Part shown: positions 49,484-59,766 of the stretch, one piece after another
How positions within the stretch are numbered: position 1 is the stretch's first letter
Layout: each line of letters opens with the position of its first letter
Assembly: GCA_965657945.1 (NCBI GenBank)
Contig: CBFHPW010000001.1
Coordinates: 2,948 to 66,947 of the forward strand
Origin: Flavobacteriales bacterium
GTDB lineage: Bacteria > Bacteroidota > Bacteroidia > Flavobacteriales_D > CAJJDF01
Direction of reading: 5' to 3'
Length of the DNA: 64,000 nucleotides
Notes under the pieces: model-generated
The model's database searches: none
Seen by the model: the letters and a program-made list of their open reading frames with translations, nothing else
Told to the model about the DNA's origin: nothing
Position numbers and translations under genes: made by a program

Positions 49484-51313
49484 ATGTCAAACCTAATCAA
49501 ACTCCTTCCGGATTCTGTTGCCAATCAAATTGCTGCTGGGGAGGTCGTACAGCGTCCGGCTTCGGCTGTAAAGGAATTGTTGGAGAATTCAATTGATTCT
49601 GGAGCTACTTCAGTTCAGCTGATTATCAAAGAGGCAGGAAAAACCCTTATCCAAGTAATTGACGATGGTTGCGGTATGGGCGAAACGGATGCCCGGATGT
49701 GTTTTGAGAGGCATGCAACTTCAAAAATCAAAAAAACGAATGACTTGTTTAGCATAAGGACTAAAGGGTTTAGAGGAGAAGCAATGGCTTCTATTGCAGC
49801 TGTTGCTCAGGTAGAAATGAAAACAAAACTACATGAAGAAGAACTGGGTACAAAAATAGAAATTGAAGGGAGTAGAATAATTACACAAGAGCCTATTCAG
49901 ACTATGAATGGGACTTCGATTGCTATAAAGAATTTGTTTTTTAACATCCCGGCAAGACGAAATTTTTTGAAATCAAATCAAGTTGAAACTCGACATATAA
50001 TTGATGAGTTTCAGAGAGTGGCTCTCACGCATCCAGAGGTTTCTTTCAAAATGATTCAGAATGGAGCTGAAACCTTCCACCTTCCTCAAGGTACCTTGAG
50101 GCAAAGAATTGTTAAGGTTTTTGGTAAAAAATTCAATCAATCTTTAGTGCCAATCGATGAAAAGACATCGATTACGAACTTAACAGGTTTTATTGGAAAA
50201 CCTGAATTCGCAAAGAAAACGAGAGGAGAGCAATTCTTTTTCGTTAATAAAAGATTTATTAAAAATAGTTACTTGAACTTTGCAGTAATGAAGGCTTACG
50301 AGGATTTGATGCCCAACAAAAGTTACCCTTCTTATTTCATTTACATGGAAATGGAGCCCGCTAGTATAGATATTAATATTCATCCGACCAAAACTGAAAT
50401 AAAGTTTGAAGATGAAAAGGCTATTTTCGCCATCCTGAATTCTGCAGTAAAGCAATCCATAGGAAAATATCAGGTTGCCCCCTCACTGGATTTTGAGCAG
50501 GAAACGAGTTTCAATGTAGAGCCATTTAGAAAGGGAATGGAGGTGAAAGTACCCCAGATTAAGGTCAATCCACAGTTTAATCCTTTTGATAAAGATTCTA
50601 ATGGGAATTCAGGCATGAAAAAGAATGCTACAATTCACAGAGTAGATAAGCCGAGTGGCAGTCAGATAGATGCTTTGCGCAAACTTTACGGCCAAGAAAA
50701 TGAAATAAAAGCAACCGAGGAGAGGGAGAACAATGAGCTCATGCCGGTGGAAATTGACAAAAAAATATTTCAAATTCACAATCGGTACATTTATTCCCAA
50801 ATCAAATCGGGGTATATTCTTATTGACCAACAAAAAGCACACGAACGCATTCTTTACGAAAAGTTTTCCTATTCGTTAAATAATCATTCTATTTCTTCTC
50901 AAAAAGAGTTGTTTCCTGTTCAACTAGAGTTTTCTGCCAGTAATTTTGCCTTACTCAAGGAGATTTGGCAAGAAATTCAAATCTTAGGTTTTGATATCGC
51001 AGAATTTGGAAAGAATACAATTTCTATCAACGGTGTTCCCTCTGGGCTCAAGGATACGAATTATCAAAAATCATTTGAGCAAATTTTAGAACAAGTAAAA
51101 AACAACCAAGATAAACTGAACTTGGATATTCAAGAAAGCTTGGTAAGAGCCATGGCATTTAACATGTCTATAAAAAGGGGGAAACAATTGACTGACATGG
51201 AAATAAACAATTTGGTGGATGAGTTATTTGCTTGTGACCACCCAGAATATGCACTTAATGGCAAAAAAACTTACCTTACCTTTACTATGGATGAACTAAA
51301 TAAACTGTTTTAA
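49484..51313 (+). CDS. mutL: DNA mismatch repair endonuclease MutL
   Basis: 609 aa. GHKL N-terminus (IAAGEVVQRPASAVKELLENSIDSGAT, DDGCGM). C-terminal endonuclease-type motif DQQKAHERILYE. Confidence 0.9.
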   Translation: MSNLIKLLPDSVANQIAAGEVVQRPASAVKELLENSIDSGATSVQLIIKEAGKTLIQVIDDGCGMGETDARMCFERHATSKIKKTNDLFSIRTKGFRGEAMASIAAVAQVEMKTKLHEEELGTKIEIEGSRIITQEPIQTMNGTSIAIKNLFFNIPARRNFLKSNQVETRHIIDEFQRVALTHPEVSFKMIQNGAETFHLPQGTLRQRIVKVFGKKFNQSLVPIDEKTSITNLTGFIGKPEFAKKTRGEQFFFVNKRFIKNSYLNFAVMKAYEDLMPNKSYPSYFIYMEMEPASIDINIHPTKTEIKFEDEKAIFAILNSAVKQSIGKYQVAPSLDFEQETSFNVEPFRKGMEVKVPQIKVNPQFNPFDKDSNGNSGMKKNATIHRVDKPSGSQIDALRKLYGQENEIKATEERENNELMPVEIDKKIFQIHNRYIYSQIKSGYILIDQQKAHERILYEKFSYSLNNHSISSQKELFPVQLEFSASNFALLKEIWQEIQILGFDIAEFGKNTISINGVPSGLKDTNYQKSFEQILEQVKNNQDKLNLDIQESLVRAMAFNMSIKRGKQLTDMEINNLVDELFACDHPEYALNGKKTYLTFTMDELNKLF

Positions 51314-52042
51314 ATGATAAGTAACTTACTAAGAAATCTTCCTGAGGTTGTAAAAAATCTATTGATAATTAATGTTTTAATGTTCATAGGTGTTCAGGTT
51401 TTTCCTCAATATCGTGAGATGTTGGCTTTGCATAATATAGGCAGTGAATTGTTTATGCCTCATCAGTTGATCACTCATATTTTTATGCACGGAAGTTTTG
51501 CTCATTTGCTTTTCAATATGTTCGCATTGGGAATGTTTGGGGCTACTTTGGAAAAAGTATGGGGTGGCAAAAAGTTTTTGATTGTGTATTTTGTTTCTGC
51601 GGCTGGAGCACTTTTGTTGCAATTAGTTTTTAATTATTATAATTACTCTTCAGCTTTGGCACCATATTCAGAAGTGGATATTGAACAAATTAAAAGTATC
51701 GTATCTGTTTTGGATTTTTCTGCTCAGTATCCCAGTTATTTAATTCCTGGAATAGAAGCCGAATATTATAATAATATTGGAATGGTGGGAGCTTCTGGAG
51801 CCATTATGGGATTGTTGGCTGCCTTTGCTTATTTGTTTCCAAATACTGAATTGATGTTGATTTTTTTACCAATTCCAGTGAAAGCAAAGTTCTTTATTCC
51901 TTTTTACATGCTATTTGAGTTATTTTTGGGCGTAAATAGATTTGAGTGGGATAATATTGCTCATTTTGCCCACTTGGGAGGTGCTATCGCAGGATTTATT
52001 CTGGTTTATTTTTGGAATAAAAAGAGAGATAGTTTTTATTAA
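51314..52042 (+). CDS. Rhomboid-family intramembrane serine protease
   Basis: 242 aa, 6 TM. Catalytic Ser in GASGAIMG and His in AHLGGAIAG. It starts on the nucleotide after the mutL stop. Confidence 0.8.
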   Translation: MISNLLRNLPEVVKNLLIINVLMFIGVQVFPQYREMLALHNIGSELFMPHQLITHIFMHGSFAHLLFNMFALGMFGATLEKVWGGKKFLIVYFVSAAGALLLQLVFNYYNYSSALAPYSEVDIEQIKSIVSVLDFSAQYPSYLIPGIEAEYYNNIGMVGASGAIMGLLAAFAYLFPNTELMLIFLPIPVKAKFFIPFYMLFELFLGVNRFEWDNIAHFAHLGGAIAGFILVYFWNKKRDSFY

Positions 52043-52072
52043 TCCCAATCCATTGTTGTAATTGTTAGTATC

Positions 52073-52930
52073 ATGAGATCCTTTGTTTTTTACTTTCTTT
52101 CTTTTATCGTTTTAATGCACGTTGACTTGGCTTCTGAGGCGCAATTCAATCGATATGGCGGAAAAAAAAGAACTCAAAAAATGGGAGCATTTATCAAACC
52201 TCTGAATAACACGGGCTGGTATGTTGGAGTAGGAGCAACCGCTACACCAAAATTGAATTTTATCGATTATTCTCCTACCTTGGCTACTTCCACGTATCAA
52301 CCCACAGTGCTTACAGCCACTAATCTAGAGCAAAAAAGTGAACTAGGATTGTATTTGGAAGCGGGGAGGTACAAACTATTGAGTACCAAAAAACCAATTA
52401 GTTACATAGATTACGGAGTTTCCTATAAGCAATTTAGAGCCTCACAAAACTACGATCTAGTAAGACAAGATTTTAGCACTGAGGATACAAGCTTTTATGC
52501 CCAATCTTTCAGAAGTCATTCAATATCGATTCATTTTAACGCCAATAATGTATTGGCGATTAATAAAATTATATTTTTTCAAAATACACTTGGTGCTAAT
52601 GTGGATTATGCCATTGTCCAAAATTTATCTTCCGAGGATCCATCAGGATTTGAAGAAACTTACCAAAAGGAGCCAGCTAAACTAAGAGCTCAGTTGCATT
52701 ATAAATTTGGTGTAGGTTTGCGTATTTCTAAAATGGGGTATCTCATTCCTTCTGTTGAAATTCCGCTTATGAATGCTTGGGAGTGGGAGGAAGGCCGTTC
52801 TACTTTCGGGGCATTTAACTCCAGATACCGTCCAATTATTTTTTCATTGAGGTTTGCTTGGCTCACTCAGCCTGACTGTCCAAAGGTTTGGGACAACGAT
52901 GATGCAACCAAAAACGGTGGAGGGCTGTAA
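52073..52930 (+). CDS. Hypothetical secreted/outer-membrane protein
   Basis: 285 aa. Signal-like N-terminus and a beta-strand-rich pattern. No recognised motif. Confidence 0.4.
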   Translation: MRSFVFYFLSFIVLMHVDLASEAQFNRYGGKKRTQKMGAFIKPLNNTGWYVGVGATATPKLNFIDYSPTLATSTYQPTVLTATNLEQKSELGLYLEAGRYKLLSTKKPISYIDYGVSYKQFRASQNYDLVRQDFSTEDTSFYAQSFRSHSISIHFNANNVLAINKIIFFQNTLGANVDYAIVQNLSSEDPSGFEETYQKEPAKLRAQLHYKFGVGLRISKMGYLIPSVEIPLMNAWEWEEGRSTFGAFNSRYRPIIFSLRFAWLTQPDCPKVWDNDDATKNGGGL

Positions 52931-52993
52931 TCCAATTTTACTTTGTTCACCTCATTTCAGCCTTCGAACCAATATTTTTCATAAAAAAATCAA

Positions 52994-53320
52994 ATGAAAT
53001 TGAATCAACTCTTAGATAGCCTTTTGATAAAAGATGCGGATATAGAAAAAGGGATTTCTGATGCCATCCAAGTTTTGAAAGCAGATATCTTAGTGAAAGC
53101 GAAGTACTACGAAGGTGATTTATTAATGACTATTCTAGCAGTTAAATCTGAGTATTGGAAAGCAAATCCCGAGAGGTGGAATGAACTATCAAATATACTG
53201 ACTTGCCAAGAACGTAAGATTCAAGAAAAGGAGGTTTCTTTCGAAATGAAAGTAGATTGGTACGAGAAGATGGCGAGATTTCAATCCTATTCTGAATTGC
53301 TAGATGGGAATGGGCAATAA
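52994..53320 (+). CDS. Hypothetical protein
   Basis: 108-aa ORF, predicted helical. No recognised motif. Confidence 0.35.
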   Translation: MKLNQLLDSLLIKDADIEKGISDAIQVLKADILVKAKYYEGDLLMTILAVKSEYWKANPERWNELSNILTCQERKIQEKEVSFEMKVDWYEKMARFQSYSELLDGNGQ

Positions 53321-53372
53321 GATTTTTGTAGAAAAAAGTCCTTCTTATTGGATGAGATTTACGATCGGATCA

Positions 53373-54290
53373 TTATTTTAAACCTAGAATTTCAGGTAAC
53401 TTTCTAATCAAAGCCATTTCTTTAAATTCTTCACGAGCTTCTTTTGCTGGACTACCCAGATAGGTTTTACCCTCTTCCATATCCTTTAAAATTCCGGCTT
53501 GGCCAAGTGCCGTTGAGTTCTTTTTTAGAGTTAAATTTGCTGGAATTCCCACTTGCCCCCAGAGCGTGACATTGTCTTCAATTGTGACGCAACCAGCAAT
53601 TCCAACTTGTGCGGCAAATCTACAATGTTTGCCTACAGTGGTATCATGTCCAACGTGAACTTGGGCGTCAATTTTAGTTCCCTTTCCAATTTTTGTTATT
53701 CCACTTACTCCTTTGTCAATGCTACAAGATGCTCCAATTTCTACCTCGTTTTCTATAACGACAGATCCACAAGAATGTAGTTTGTGATGCTTATTTTCTT
53801 TGGACTGATAGTAAAAAGCGTCACCGCCAATTACAGAATTTGCATGAATAATTACGTTTTCTCCAATGATCGTATTGCTGTAGATGACAACTCCGGGGTA
53901 GAGGATAGAGTTTTTTCCAATTTTTACATTATCACCGATTGATACGTTAGGAAAAATCATAGCAGACTCATGAATCTCTTGATTTTTGTTGGTCCACTTC
54001 TCAATTGGATTAAAATGGGTGGTAAGTCGATTAAAATCTCTAAAAGGATTCTCAGAAATAATCAATGCTTTCCCTTCCGGACAATCCACTTCTTTGTTTA
54101 TTAATATAATGGTAGCCGGTGAGGTTAACGCTTTTTGGTAATATTTTTCGTTGTCTACAAATACCAAATCTCCTTCTTCTACTTGATGGATTTCATTGAT
54201 CCCTGTGACCAAAAAATCTGGACTCCCGATGTATCGACAATTTATCAATTCTGCTAGAGCTCTGAGGCTGTGAGAGGATGGAAGTTTCAT
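53373..54290 (-). CDS. lpxD: UDP-3-O-acylglucosamine N-acyltransferase (LpxD, short form)
   Basis: 305 aa. LpxD-type N-terminal domain (LAELINCRYIGSPDFLVTGINEIHQVEEGDLVFVDNEKY) followed by hexapeptide repeats. Confidence 0.75.
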   Translation of the reverse strand: MKLPSSHSLRALAELINCRYIGSPDFLVTGINEIHQVEEGDLVFVDNEKYYQKALTSPATIILINKEVDCPEGKALIISENPFRDFNRLTTHFNPIEKWTNKNQEIHESAMIFPNVSIGDNVKIGKNSILYPGVVIYSNTIIGENVIIHANSVIGGDAFYYQSKENKHHKLHSCGSVVIENEVEIGASCSIDKGVSGITKIGKGTKIDAQVHVGHDTTVGKHCRFAAQVGIAGCVTIEDNVTLWGQVGIPANLTLKKNSTALGQAGILKDMEEGKTYLGSPAKEAREEFKEMALIRKLPEILGLK

Positions 54291-54464
54291 TTTTTCAGTG
54301 TTTAAAGTGACTTTGGTTTGAAGTTAAGAATTTTTCTAAAGCTTTTTTTGTCTACTGAGATAGTCTAACATAATGGTGAACATCGAATCAATGTTTTCCC
54401 AATTTAATTTTGAGAAAATTCAAAGTTTTTTTGTCAGCGAGCTTTCTCACTTTTTAAAAAACAA

Positions 54465-56906
54465 TTATCTCAAACTCGCCCCAAGCTTACTCTCCAATTC
54501 CCCCTGTATCTTCGTCATAATCTTCTCAATTTGTTTGTCTACAAGAGTTTTGTTCTCATCCTGGAATAAGAAACTCACGGCATAAGATTTCTTTCCTTCT
54601 GCCAAGTTTTTCCCTTCATAGATATCAAATAGTCCAATTTCTTTTAATATTTTTCTATCCGCTCTCTGTGCGATCTCTCTTATTTCATCAAACTTTACAC
54701 TCTTATCTATTAAGAGGGATAAGTCTCTCCTTGATGATGGAAATTTCGCCAACTCTTTGTATTTGGTTTTGTTCATCCTCATCAATTGCAATACACTATC
54801 CCAATTGATTTCAGCATAATACACCGGCTGTTTAATTCCAAAATGCGACACTACCTTTTTGCTCACTCTTCCAAAATCTGCAACAGGTTTTTTATTGATA
54901 GAAATTGCCAAGCCTTCGGCAAGCAATTCATTTTTAGTAACAGATGTATGGAAGTTTTTCATGATTCCCAAGCGATTTAACGTGTTTAACACTTCTTTTT
55001 TTATCGCGAAAAAGTCCACTTGTTTATCTTCATTGTCCCAGTTTTCGGTTTCATCTCTTCCAGTAATAAATAAGCTCACAACTTGGTTTTCTTCATAGCC
55101 GGATTCAAATTTGAAATAAGTTTTACCAAACTCATACAGCTTGAGGTCACTTTGTTTACGATTAATGTTGTAAATGATAGCCTCCAACCCGTTAAATAAT
55201 AACGATTGACGCATTACATCCAATTCGCTACTCAATGGATTAAGCATTTTTACTGCGTAATCTGGATTAATTTTTTTTGACTGAAAATCATTTAAATAAC
55301 TCGATTTGGTCAATGAGTTTGACATAATTTCTGCAAATCCATTGTCACTCAATCGATCTGAAACAAGGTTGATAAGTGCTCTGCTATCGTTTTTTTCTCG
55401 GTAAGTAATGGAGGTATTGAGTTTTTCAGGAACAGGAATGTTATTGAATCCAAATATTCTTAAAATTTCTTCGGAAATGTCTGCTTCACGCAGTACGTCA
55501 TTTCTAAAAGCTTGTACCTCCAAAACTAAATCTCTTCCATTTTTAGAAATCGTTTTAATTCCCAAATCGTTTAATATTGAATCAATTGTATCTTCTGAAA
55601 TTTTGGTACCAATCAATCGATTACAATTGTCATAATTAAAATCTACCTGGTGATTTTTGATTTCAGAGGGGTAAAATTCTTTAATTTCAGAAGAAATTGT
55701 ACCTCCCGCAATTTCTTTAATCAGTATTGCTGCTCTTTTCAAGGCATAAATAACAGATTCTGGATCTATTCCTCTTTCAAACCTGAAGGAAGCATCTGTA
55801 TTCAAAGCTTGTCTTTTTGCTGTTTTTCTTACAGTAACAGGATTGAAATAGGCGCTTTCTAAAAATATAGAAGTAGTAGTTGAGCTTACTCCAGACTCGA
55901 GACCGCCAAATACACCTGCGATACACATAGGCTCGCTTTCATTACAGATTATTAAGTCATCAGAATGAAGCTCTCTCTCGTTTTCATCCAGTGTGGTGAA
56001 TTTTTGTTTGTTCTCAGCCTTTTGAACCACGATCTTCTTACCTCTTATTTTTTCTGCATCAAATGCATGTAAAGGTTGACCTAATTCATGTAAAACATAA
56101 TTTGTGGCGTCTACAATATTGTTAATGGGAGTGAGACCAATTGCCTTAAGTCGCTTTTGCATCCAATCTGGTGATTCCGATACAGATACACCGCTTAATG
56201 TAACTCCTGCATATCTTGGACATGCTTCTTTGCTTTTTATTTCAATATCAATGTTTAGGTTCGTATTGTCGATTTTCCAATTTGCTACTGAGGGAGAACA
56301 ACATTGAGAGTCCTTTGGTAGTATTTCTTTATGTTTCAGTGCCACCATCAAGTCTCTTGCTACACCATAATGGCTCATAGCATCAGCTCTGTTCGGTGTA
56401 AGTCCAATATCGAAAACAACATCATTTTTTAAATCAAAGTATTCAGCTGCTGGAATTCCAACTTTCGCAGTGTCTTCCAACACCATTATTCCGTCATGGC
56501 TCTTTCCTAATCCAATCTCGTCTTCGGCACAGATCATTCCTGCAGATTCTTCGCCTCTAATTTTTGATTTCTTTATTTTAAAAGAGTCTCCACTTTCGCT
56601 GTATAAAACAGTTCCTACTGTTGCCACAACCACTTTTTGTCCTTTCGCAACATTAGGTGCTCCACACACAATGTTTAGAACTTCTGAACCAATAGTTACC
56701 TTAGTCTTTTTCAGTTTGTCTGCATCTGGATGTTTTTCGGCTTCCAATACTTCTCCAATAACCAAACCTTTCAATCCACCTTTTACAGATTCTACAATTT
56801 CTGATTTTTCTACTTCAAGTCCAATATCCGTTAATATCTCTGAGGTTTGCTCAGGTGAAGTCGTTAGGTTTAAATAGTCGTTTAGCCAGTTGTATGATAT
56901 TTTCAT
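54465..56906 (-). CDS. pheT: Phenylalanine--tRNA ligase beta subunit
   Basis: 813 aa. MKISYNWLNDYL N-terminus. tRNA-binding OB domain (HPDADKL), B3/4, B5 and FDX-ACB-like C-terminus. Confidence 0.9.
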   Translation of the reverse strand: MKISYNWLNDYLNLTTSPEQTSEILTDIGLEVEKSEIVESVKGGLKGLVIGEVLEAEKHPDADKLKKTKVTIGSEVLNIVCGAPNVAKGQKVVVATVGTVLYSESGDSFKIKKSKIRGEESAGMICAEDEIGLGKSHDGIMVLEDTAKVGIPAAEYFDLKNDVVFDIGLTPNRADAMSHYGVARDLMVALKHKEILPKDSQCCSPSVANWKIDNTNLNIDIEIKSKEACPRYAGVTLSGVSVSESPDWMQKRLKAIGLTPINNIVDATNYVLHELGQPLHAFDAEKIRGKKIVVQKAENKQKFTTLDENERELHSDDLIICNESEPMCIAGVFGGLESGVSSTTTSIFLESAYFNPVTVRKTAKRQALNTDASFRFERGIDPESVIYALKRAAILIKEIAGGTISSEIKEFYPSEIKNHQVDFNYDNCNRLIGTKISEDTIDSILNDLGIKTISKNGRDLVLEVQAFRNDVLREADISEEILRIFGFNNIPVPEKLNTSITYREKNDSRALINLVSDRLSDNGFAEIMSNSLTKSSYLNDFQSKKINPDYAVKMLNPLSSELDVMRQSLLFNGLEAIIYNINRKQSDLKLYEFGKTYFKFESGYEENQVVSLFITGRDETENWDNEDKQVDFFAIKKEVLNTLNRLGIMKNFHTSVTKNELLAEGLAISINKKPVADFGRVSKKVVSHFGIKQPVYYAEINWDSVLQLMRMNKTKYKELAKFPSSRRDLSLLIDKSVKFDEIREIAQRADRKILKEIGLFDIYEGKNLAEGKKSYAVSFLFQDENKTLVDKQIEKIMTKIQGELESKLGASLR

Positions 56907-56978
56907 GGAAGATAAAAGTCTTAGTTTTTATAGTTTATAAAGATAAGAGAGATTCGATAATTTAGGAGAGTTTAAAGC

Positions 56979-57012
56979 AAAAAAAAACCATCTCAGTATG
57001 GAGATGGTTTTT
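56979..57012 (-). terminator. Rho-independent terminator after rpsT (symmetric A-run/T-run hairpin)
   Basis: AAAAACCATCTC-AGTATG-GAGATGGTTTTT. The perfect 9-bp GC-containing core extends through A/T runs on both sides. Confidence 0.75.
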
Positions 57013-57031
57013 AATAAAGTTGTTTATCTAA

Positions 57032-57283
57032 TTATAATTTATTCACTTTTAAAGTTAAACTTGATTTCAAGTTAGCCGCTTTATTTTTATGGATAATGTT
57101 TCTCTTTACTAATTTGTCAAGAATACTTGTTACAACAGGTAAGAACGTAGTAGCTTCCTTTTTGTCTTCCATTCCTCTCAATTTCTTGATAGCTGTTCTG
57201 GCAGACTTGTGGTAATACTTATTTCTAAGTCTTCTCACTTCCGAAGATCTAATTCTTTTTTTTGTTGACTTGTGGTTAGCCAT
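57032..57283 (-). CDS. rpsT: 30S ribosomal protein S20
   Basis: 83 aa and highly basic. The MANHKSTKKRIR N-terminus is typical of S20. Confidence 0.9.
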   Translation of the reverse strand: MANHKSTKKRIRSSEVRRLRNKYYHKSARTAIKKLRGMEDKKEATTFLPVVTSILDKLVKRNIIHKNKAANLKSSLTLKVNKL

Positions 57284-57317
57284 AATGTGTTAATTTATAT
57301 TTAGTGTTTAACTATAG

Positions 57318-57389
57318 TAGCCCGTAGGGGAATCGAACCCCTCTTGCAGGAATGAAAATCCTGAGTCCTAGCCGATAGACGAACGGGCC
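57318..57389 (-). tRNA. tRNA-Glu (anticodon UUC)
   Basis: The minus-strand sequence GGCCCGTTCGTCTATCGGCTAGGACTCAGGATTTTCATTCCTGCAAGAGGGGTTCGATTCCCCTACGGGCTA folds as a cloverleaf. 7-bp acceptor stem with G1-U72. Anticodon stem CAGGA/TCCTG with loop TTTTCAT. T-arm GGGGTTCGATTCCCC. CCA is not encoded. Confidence 0.9.
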
Positions 57390-57421
57390 ATAATTTACTC
57401 CCATTTGTTGTTTTGGGAATG

Positions 57422-57429
57422 CAAATTTA
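57422..57429 (-). promoter_or_regulatory. -7 box candidate (TAAATTTG on minus strand) upstream of tRNA-Glu/rpsT
   Basis: Plus-strand caaattta, about 33 nt upstream of the tRNA 5' end. Confidence 0.4.
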
Positions 57430-57468
57430 GAACAATTTTTTTAATTCAAAAAAAAAACCTTCTTTTTT

Positions 57469-58155
57469 TTAGATTATTTTCGAATCGGTACCAAACTGAA
57501 ATCCCATCCTTTTCCCTGTCTTAAGCTGAATAGAATCACCCGTAGTTTTTACTTCATGCACAGAAACTTCGCTAACACTCTCATAAAGAGGTGCGTAAAG
57601 ATCAAAGTCTAACACATGAATCATGATGTTTTCAACAATGTCTTCCATGTGTTGTTGGTCAAAAATTAATTTGTCAAATTCAGTGTACAAGAAACTCATT
57701 TTTCTTTTACCTTCCGTGATAAAGTGGTTTTCTGAGTTGATAAATACACGCCCTACCAAATAGCCTGAGTCATTTATTCTATTGAAGCGGAATGAATCAG
57801 CCAAAAAATTATAAATATTTATGATCCCAGTGTAGCCTCGATTTTCGTCTTCTTTCAAATAATTTGTTTTCCAAATAGAGTGGTTTTCATCGAATTTGAA
57901 AACGTTTGAATGCAAATTAAAAACCAAAATGTCACCAGCTAGTGTTAGATGAAATTCAAATTTACTTTTTTCAGTGTAGTCAATAATTATTCGGTCGTCT
58001 TGTGCGCATACTTTCGCTTTAATATTTTCAACCACGGTAGATGCAACTTTTTTCATTTCTTGAAATTGCTCAACAGTATTTTTAAAAATATCTTGTTTCA
58101 GTGTAGATTTTGTACACAATGTCTGCGCTATTTGGTCAAGTTCCGTATTTGCCAT
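57469..58155 (-). CDS. Hypothetical cytoplasmic protein
   Basis: 228-aa ORF directly downstream of proS (9-nt gap). No signal peptide or recognised motif. Confidence 0.5.
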   Translation of the reverse strand: MANTELDQIAQTLCTKSTLKQDIFKNTVEQFQEMKKVASTVVENIKAKVCAQDDRIIIDYTEKSKFEFHLTLAGDILVFNLHSNVFKFDENHSIWKTNYLKEDENRGYTGIINIYNFLADSFRFNRINDSGYLVGRVFINSENHFITEGKRKMSFLYTEFDKLIFDQQHMEDIVENIMIHVLDFDLYAPLYESVSEVSVHEVKTTGDSIQLKTGKRMGFQFGTDSKII

Positions 58156-58164
58156 GATGGTTAA

Positions 58165-59643
58165 TTAATATGCTTTGGCAAATATAACTCTTTCTTTGGA
58201 TGGGTTTCCACTAATCATACAGGAACCTTCTTCTTGCTCATTGTTTAATAGAATACATCGAATCGTGGCTTTGGTTTCTTCTTTTATTTTTTGCTCCGTT
58301 TCTTCTGTTCCGTCCCAATGGGCAGAAATAAACCCTCCTTTTTCTTCAAGCACTTGTTTAAACTCTCCGTAGGAATCAACCTTGGTGATGTGTTCATTTC
58401 GGTAGTCTAGTGCCTTGGTATATATGTTTTCCTGAATCTCATCGAGCAGTGTAATAATATGCTCTGCAATACCCTCTTGTGCTACAGAGGATTTTGTTTG
58501 TGTGTCTCTACGTGCAAGTTCCACAACATTGTTTTCCACATCTCTTGGTCCTATTGCCATTCTTAAAGGCACTCCCTTTAGTTCGTATTCAGCAAATTTC
58601 CAACCAGGTTTGCGATTGTCGTCATCGTCTAATTTAACCGAAATTCCTTTTGACTTTAGTTCAGCAGCTATTTTATTTGCCGATTCCATAACTAAGTTCA
58701 ATGACTCTTCATTTCTGTAAATTGGAACAATAACTACTTGAATTGGGGCTAACTTTGGAGGCAAAACCAATCCTGAATCATCTGAATGGGCCATAATTAA
58801 AGCTCCCATTAATCGGGTGGAAACACCCCAAGAAGTTCCCCAAACCAATTCTTGCTTTCCTTCTTTATTTACAAATTTAACATCAAATGCGTCAGCAAAA
58901 TTCTGACCTAAAAAATGAGATGTGCCAGCCTGTAAAGCTTTTCCATCTTGCATTAAAGCTTCTATACAAAGTGTGTCTTCAGCTCCTGCAAATCGTTCGC
59001 TGTCTGTTTTTCTTCCCCGCAATACTGGCACAGCCATGTGTTCTTCCGCAAATTTTGCATAAACATGAAGCATCTGTTCAGTTTCTGAAATCGCTTCTTG
59101 TCTTGTGGCATGAGCAGTATGTCCTTCTTGCCAGAGGAACTCTGCTGTCCTCAAAAATAGACGAGTTCTCATTTCCCATCTTACCACGTTGGCCCATTGG
59201 TTAATCATTATTGGCAAGTCTCTATACGATTGAACCCATTTTTTGTAGGTACTCCAAATAATGGCTTCTGAAGTTGGTCTAACGATGAGCTCTTCTTCGA
59301 GTTTTGCATTTGGGTCCACCATCAGCTTTCCTGGTTTTTCAGGATCGTTTTTTAATCGATAATGGGTAACAATAGCTGCTTCTTTGGCAAATCCTTCCGC
59401 ATTTTTTTCTTCAGCTTCAAACATGTGTTTGGGAACGAATATTGGAAAATAGGCATTTTGGTGTCCCGTCTCTTTGAACTGTCTATCCAATTCATCCTTC
59501 ATTTTTTCCCAGATTGCATAGCCATATGGTTTGATAACCATACATCCTCTTACTCCCGAGTTTTCTGCTAAATCGGCTTTTACAACCAACTCGTTATACC
59601 ATTCGGAATAGTTTTCGCTTCTTGTTGTTAATTTTTTACTCAT
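58165..59643 (-). CDS. proS: Proline--tRNA ligase (archaeal/eukaryote-like type without INS editing domain)
   Basis: The ORF is open to 59751, but the ATG at 59643 ([16 protein letters not shown]) gives the canonical 492-aa form. Class II motifs are present ([25 protein letters not shown]). Confidence 0.9.
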   Translation of the reverse strand: MSKKLTTRSENYSEWYNELVVKADLAENSGVRGCMVIKPYGYAIWEKMKDELDRQFKETGHQNAYFPIFVPKHMFEAEEKNAEGFAKEAAIVTHYRLKNDPEKPGKLMVDPNAKLEEELIVRPTSEAIIWSTYKKWVQSYRDLPIMINQWANVVRWEMRTRLFLRTAEFLWQEGHTAHATRQEAISETEQMLHVYAKFAEEHMAVPVLRGRKTDSERFAGAEDTLCIEALMQDGKALQAGTSHFLGQNFADAFDVKFVNKEGKQELVWGTSWGVSTRLMGALIMAHSDDSGLVLPPKLAPIQVVIVPIYRNEESLNLVMESANKIAAELKSKGISVKLDDDDNRKPGWKFAEYELKGVPLRMAIGPRDVENNVVELARRDTQTKSSVAQEGIAEHIITLLDEIQENIYTKALDYRNEHITKVDSYGEFKQVLEEKGGFISAHWDGTEETEQKIKEETKATIRCILLNNEQEEGSCMISGNPSKERVIFAKAY

Positions 59644-59693
59644 AATTAATGTTGTGGCACAGTATTTGTATTTTTGATGCCAAGTAATGCCCC

Positions 59694-59701
59694 CAAATTT
59701 A
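59694..59701 (-). promoter_or_regulatory. -7 box candidate (TAAATTTG on minus strand) upstream of proS
   Basis: Plus-strand caaattta, about 50 nt upstream of the ATG at 59643. This supports the shorter start. Confidence 0.35.
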
Positions 59702-59766
59702 GATAAATTATCGTAATTTAGAGGTGAATTGCAAAGAAAGGTATACACCAATTAAACTCAGTTATT

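Noticed and set aside
54373-54585. 70-aa plus-strand ORF in and beside the pheT 3' end.
   Set aside because: It overlaps the pheT coding end in antisense, is hydrophobic and low in complexity, and has no support.
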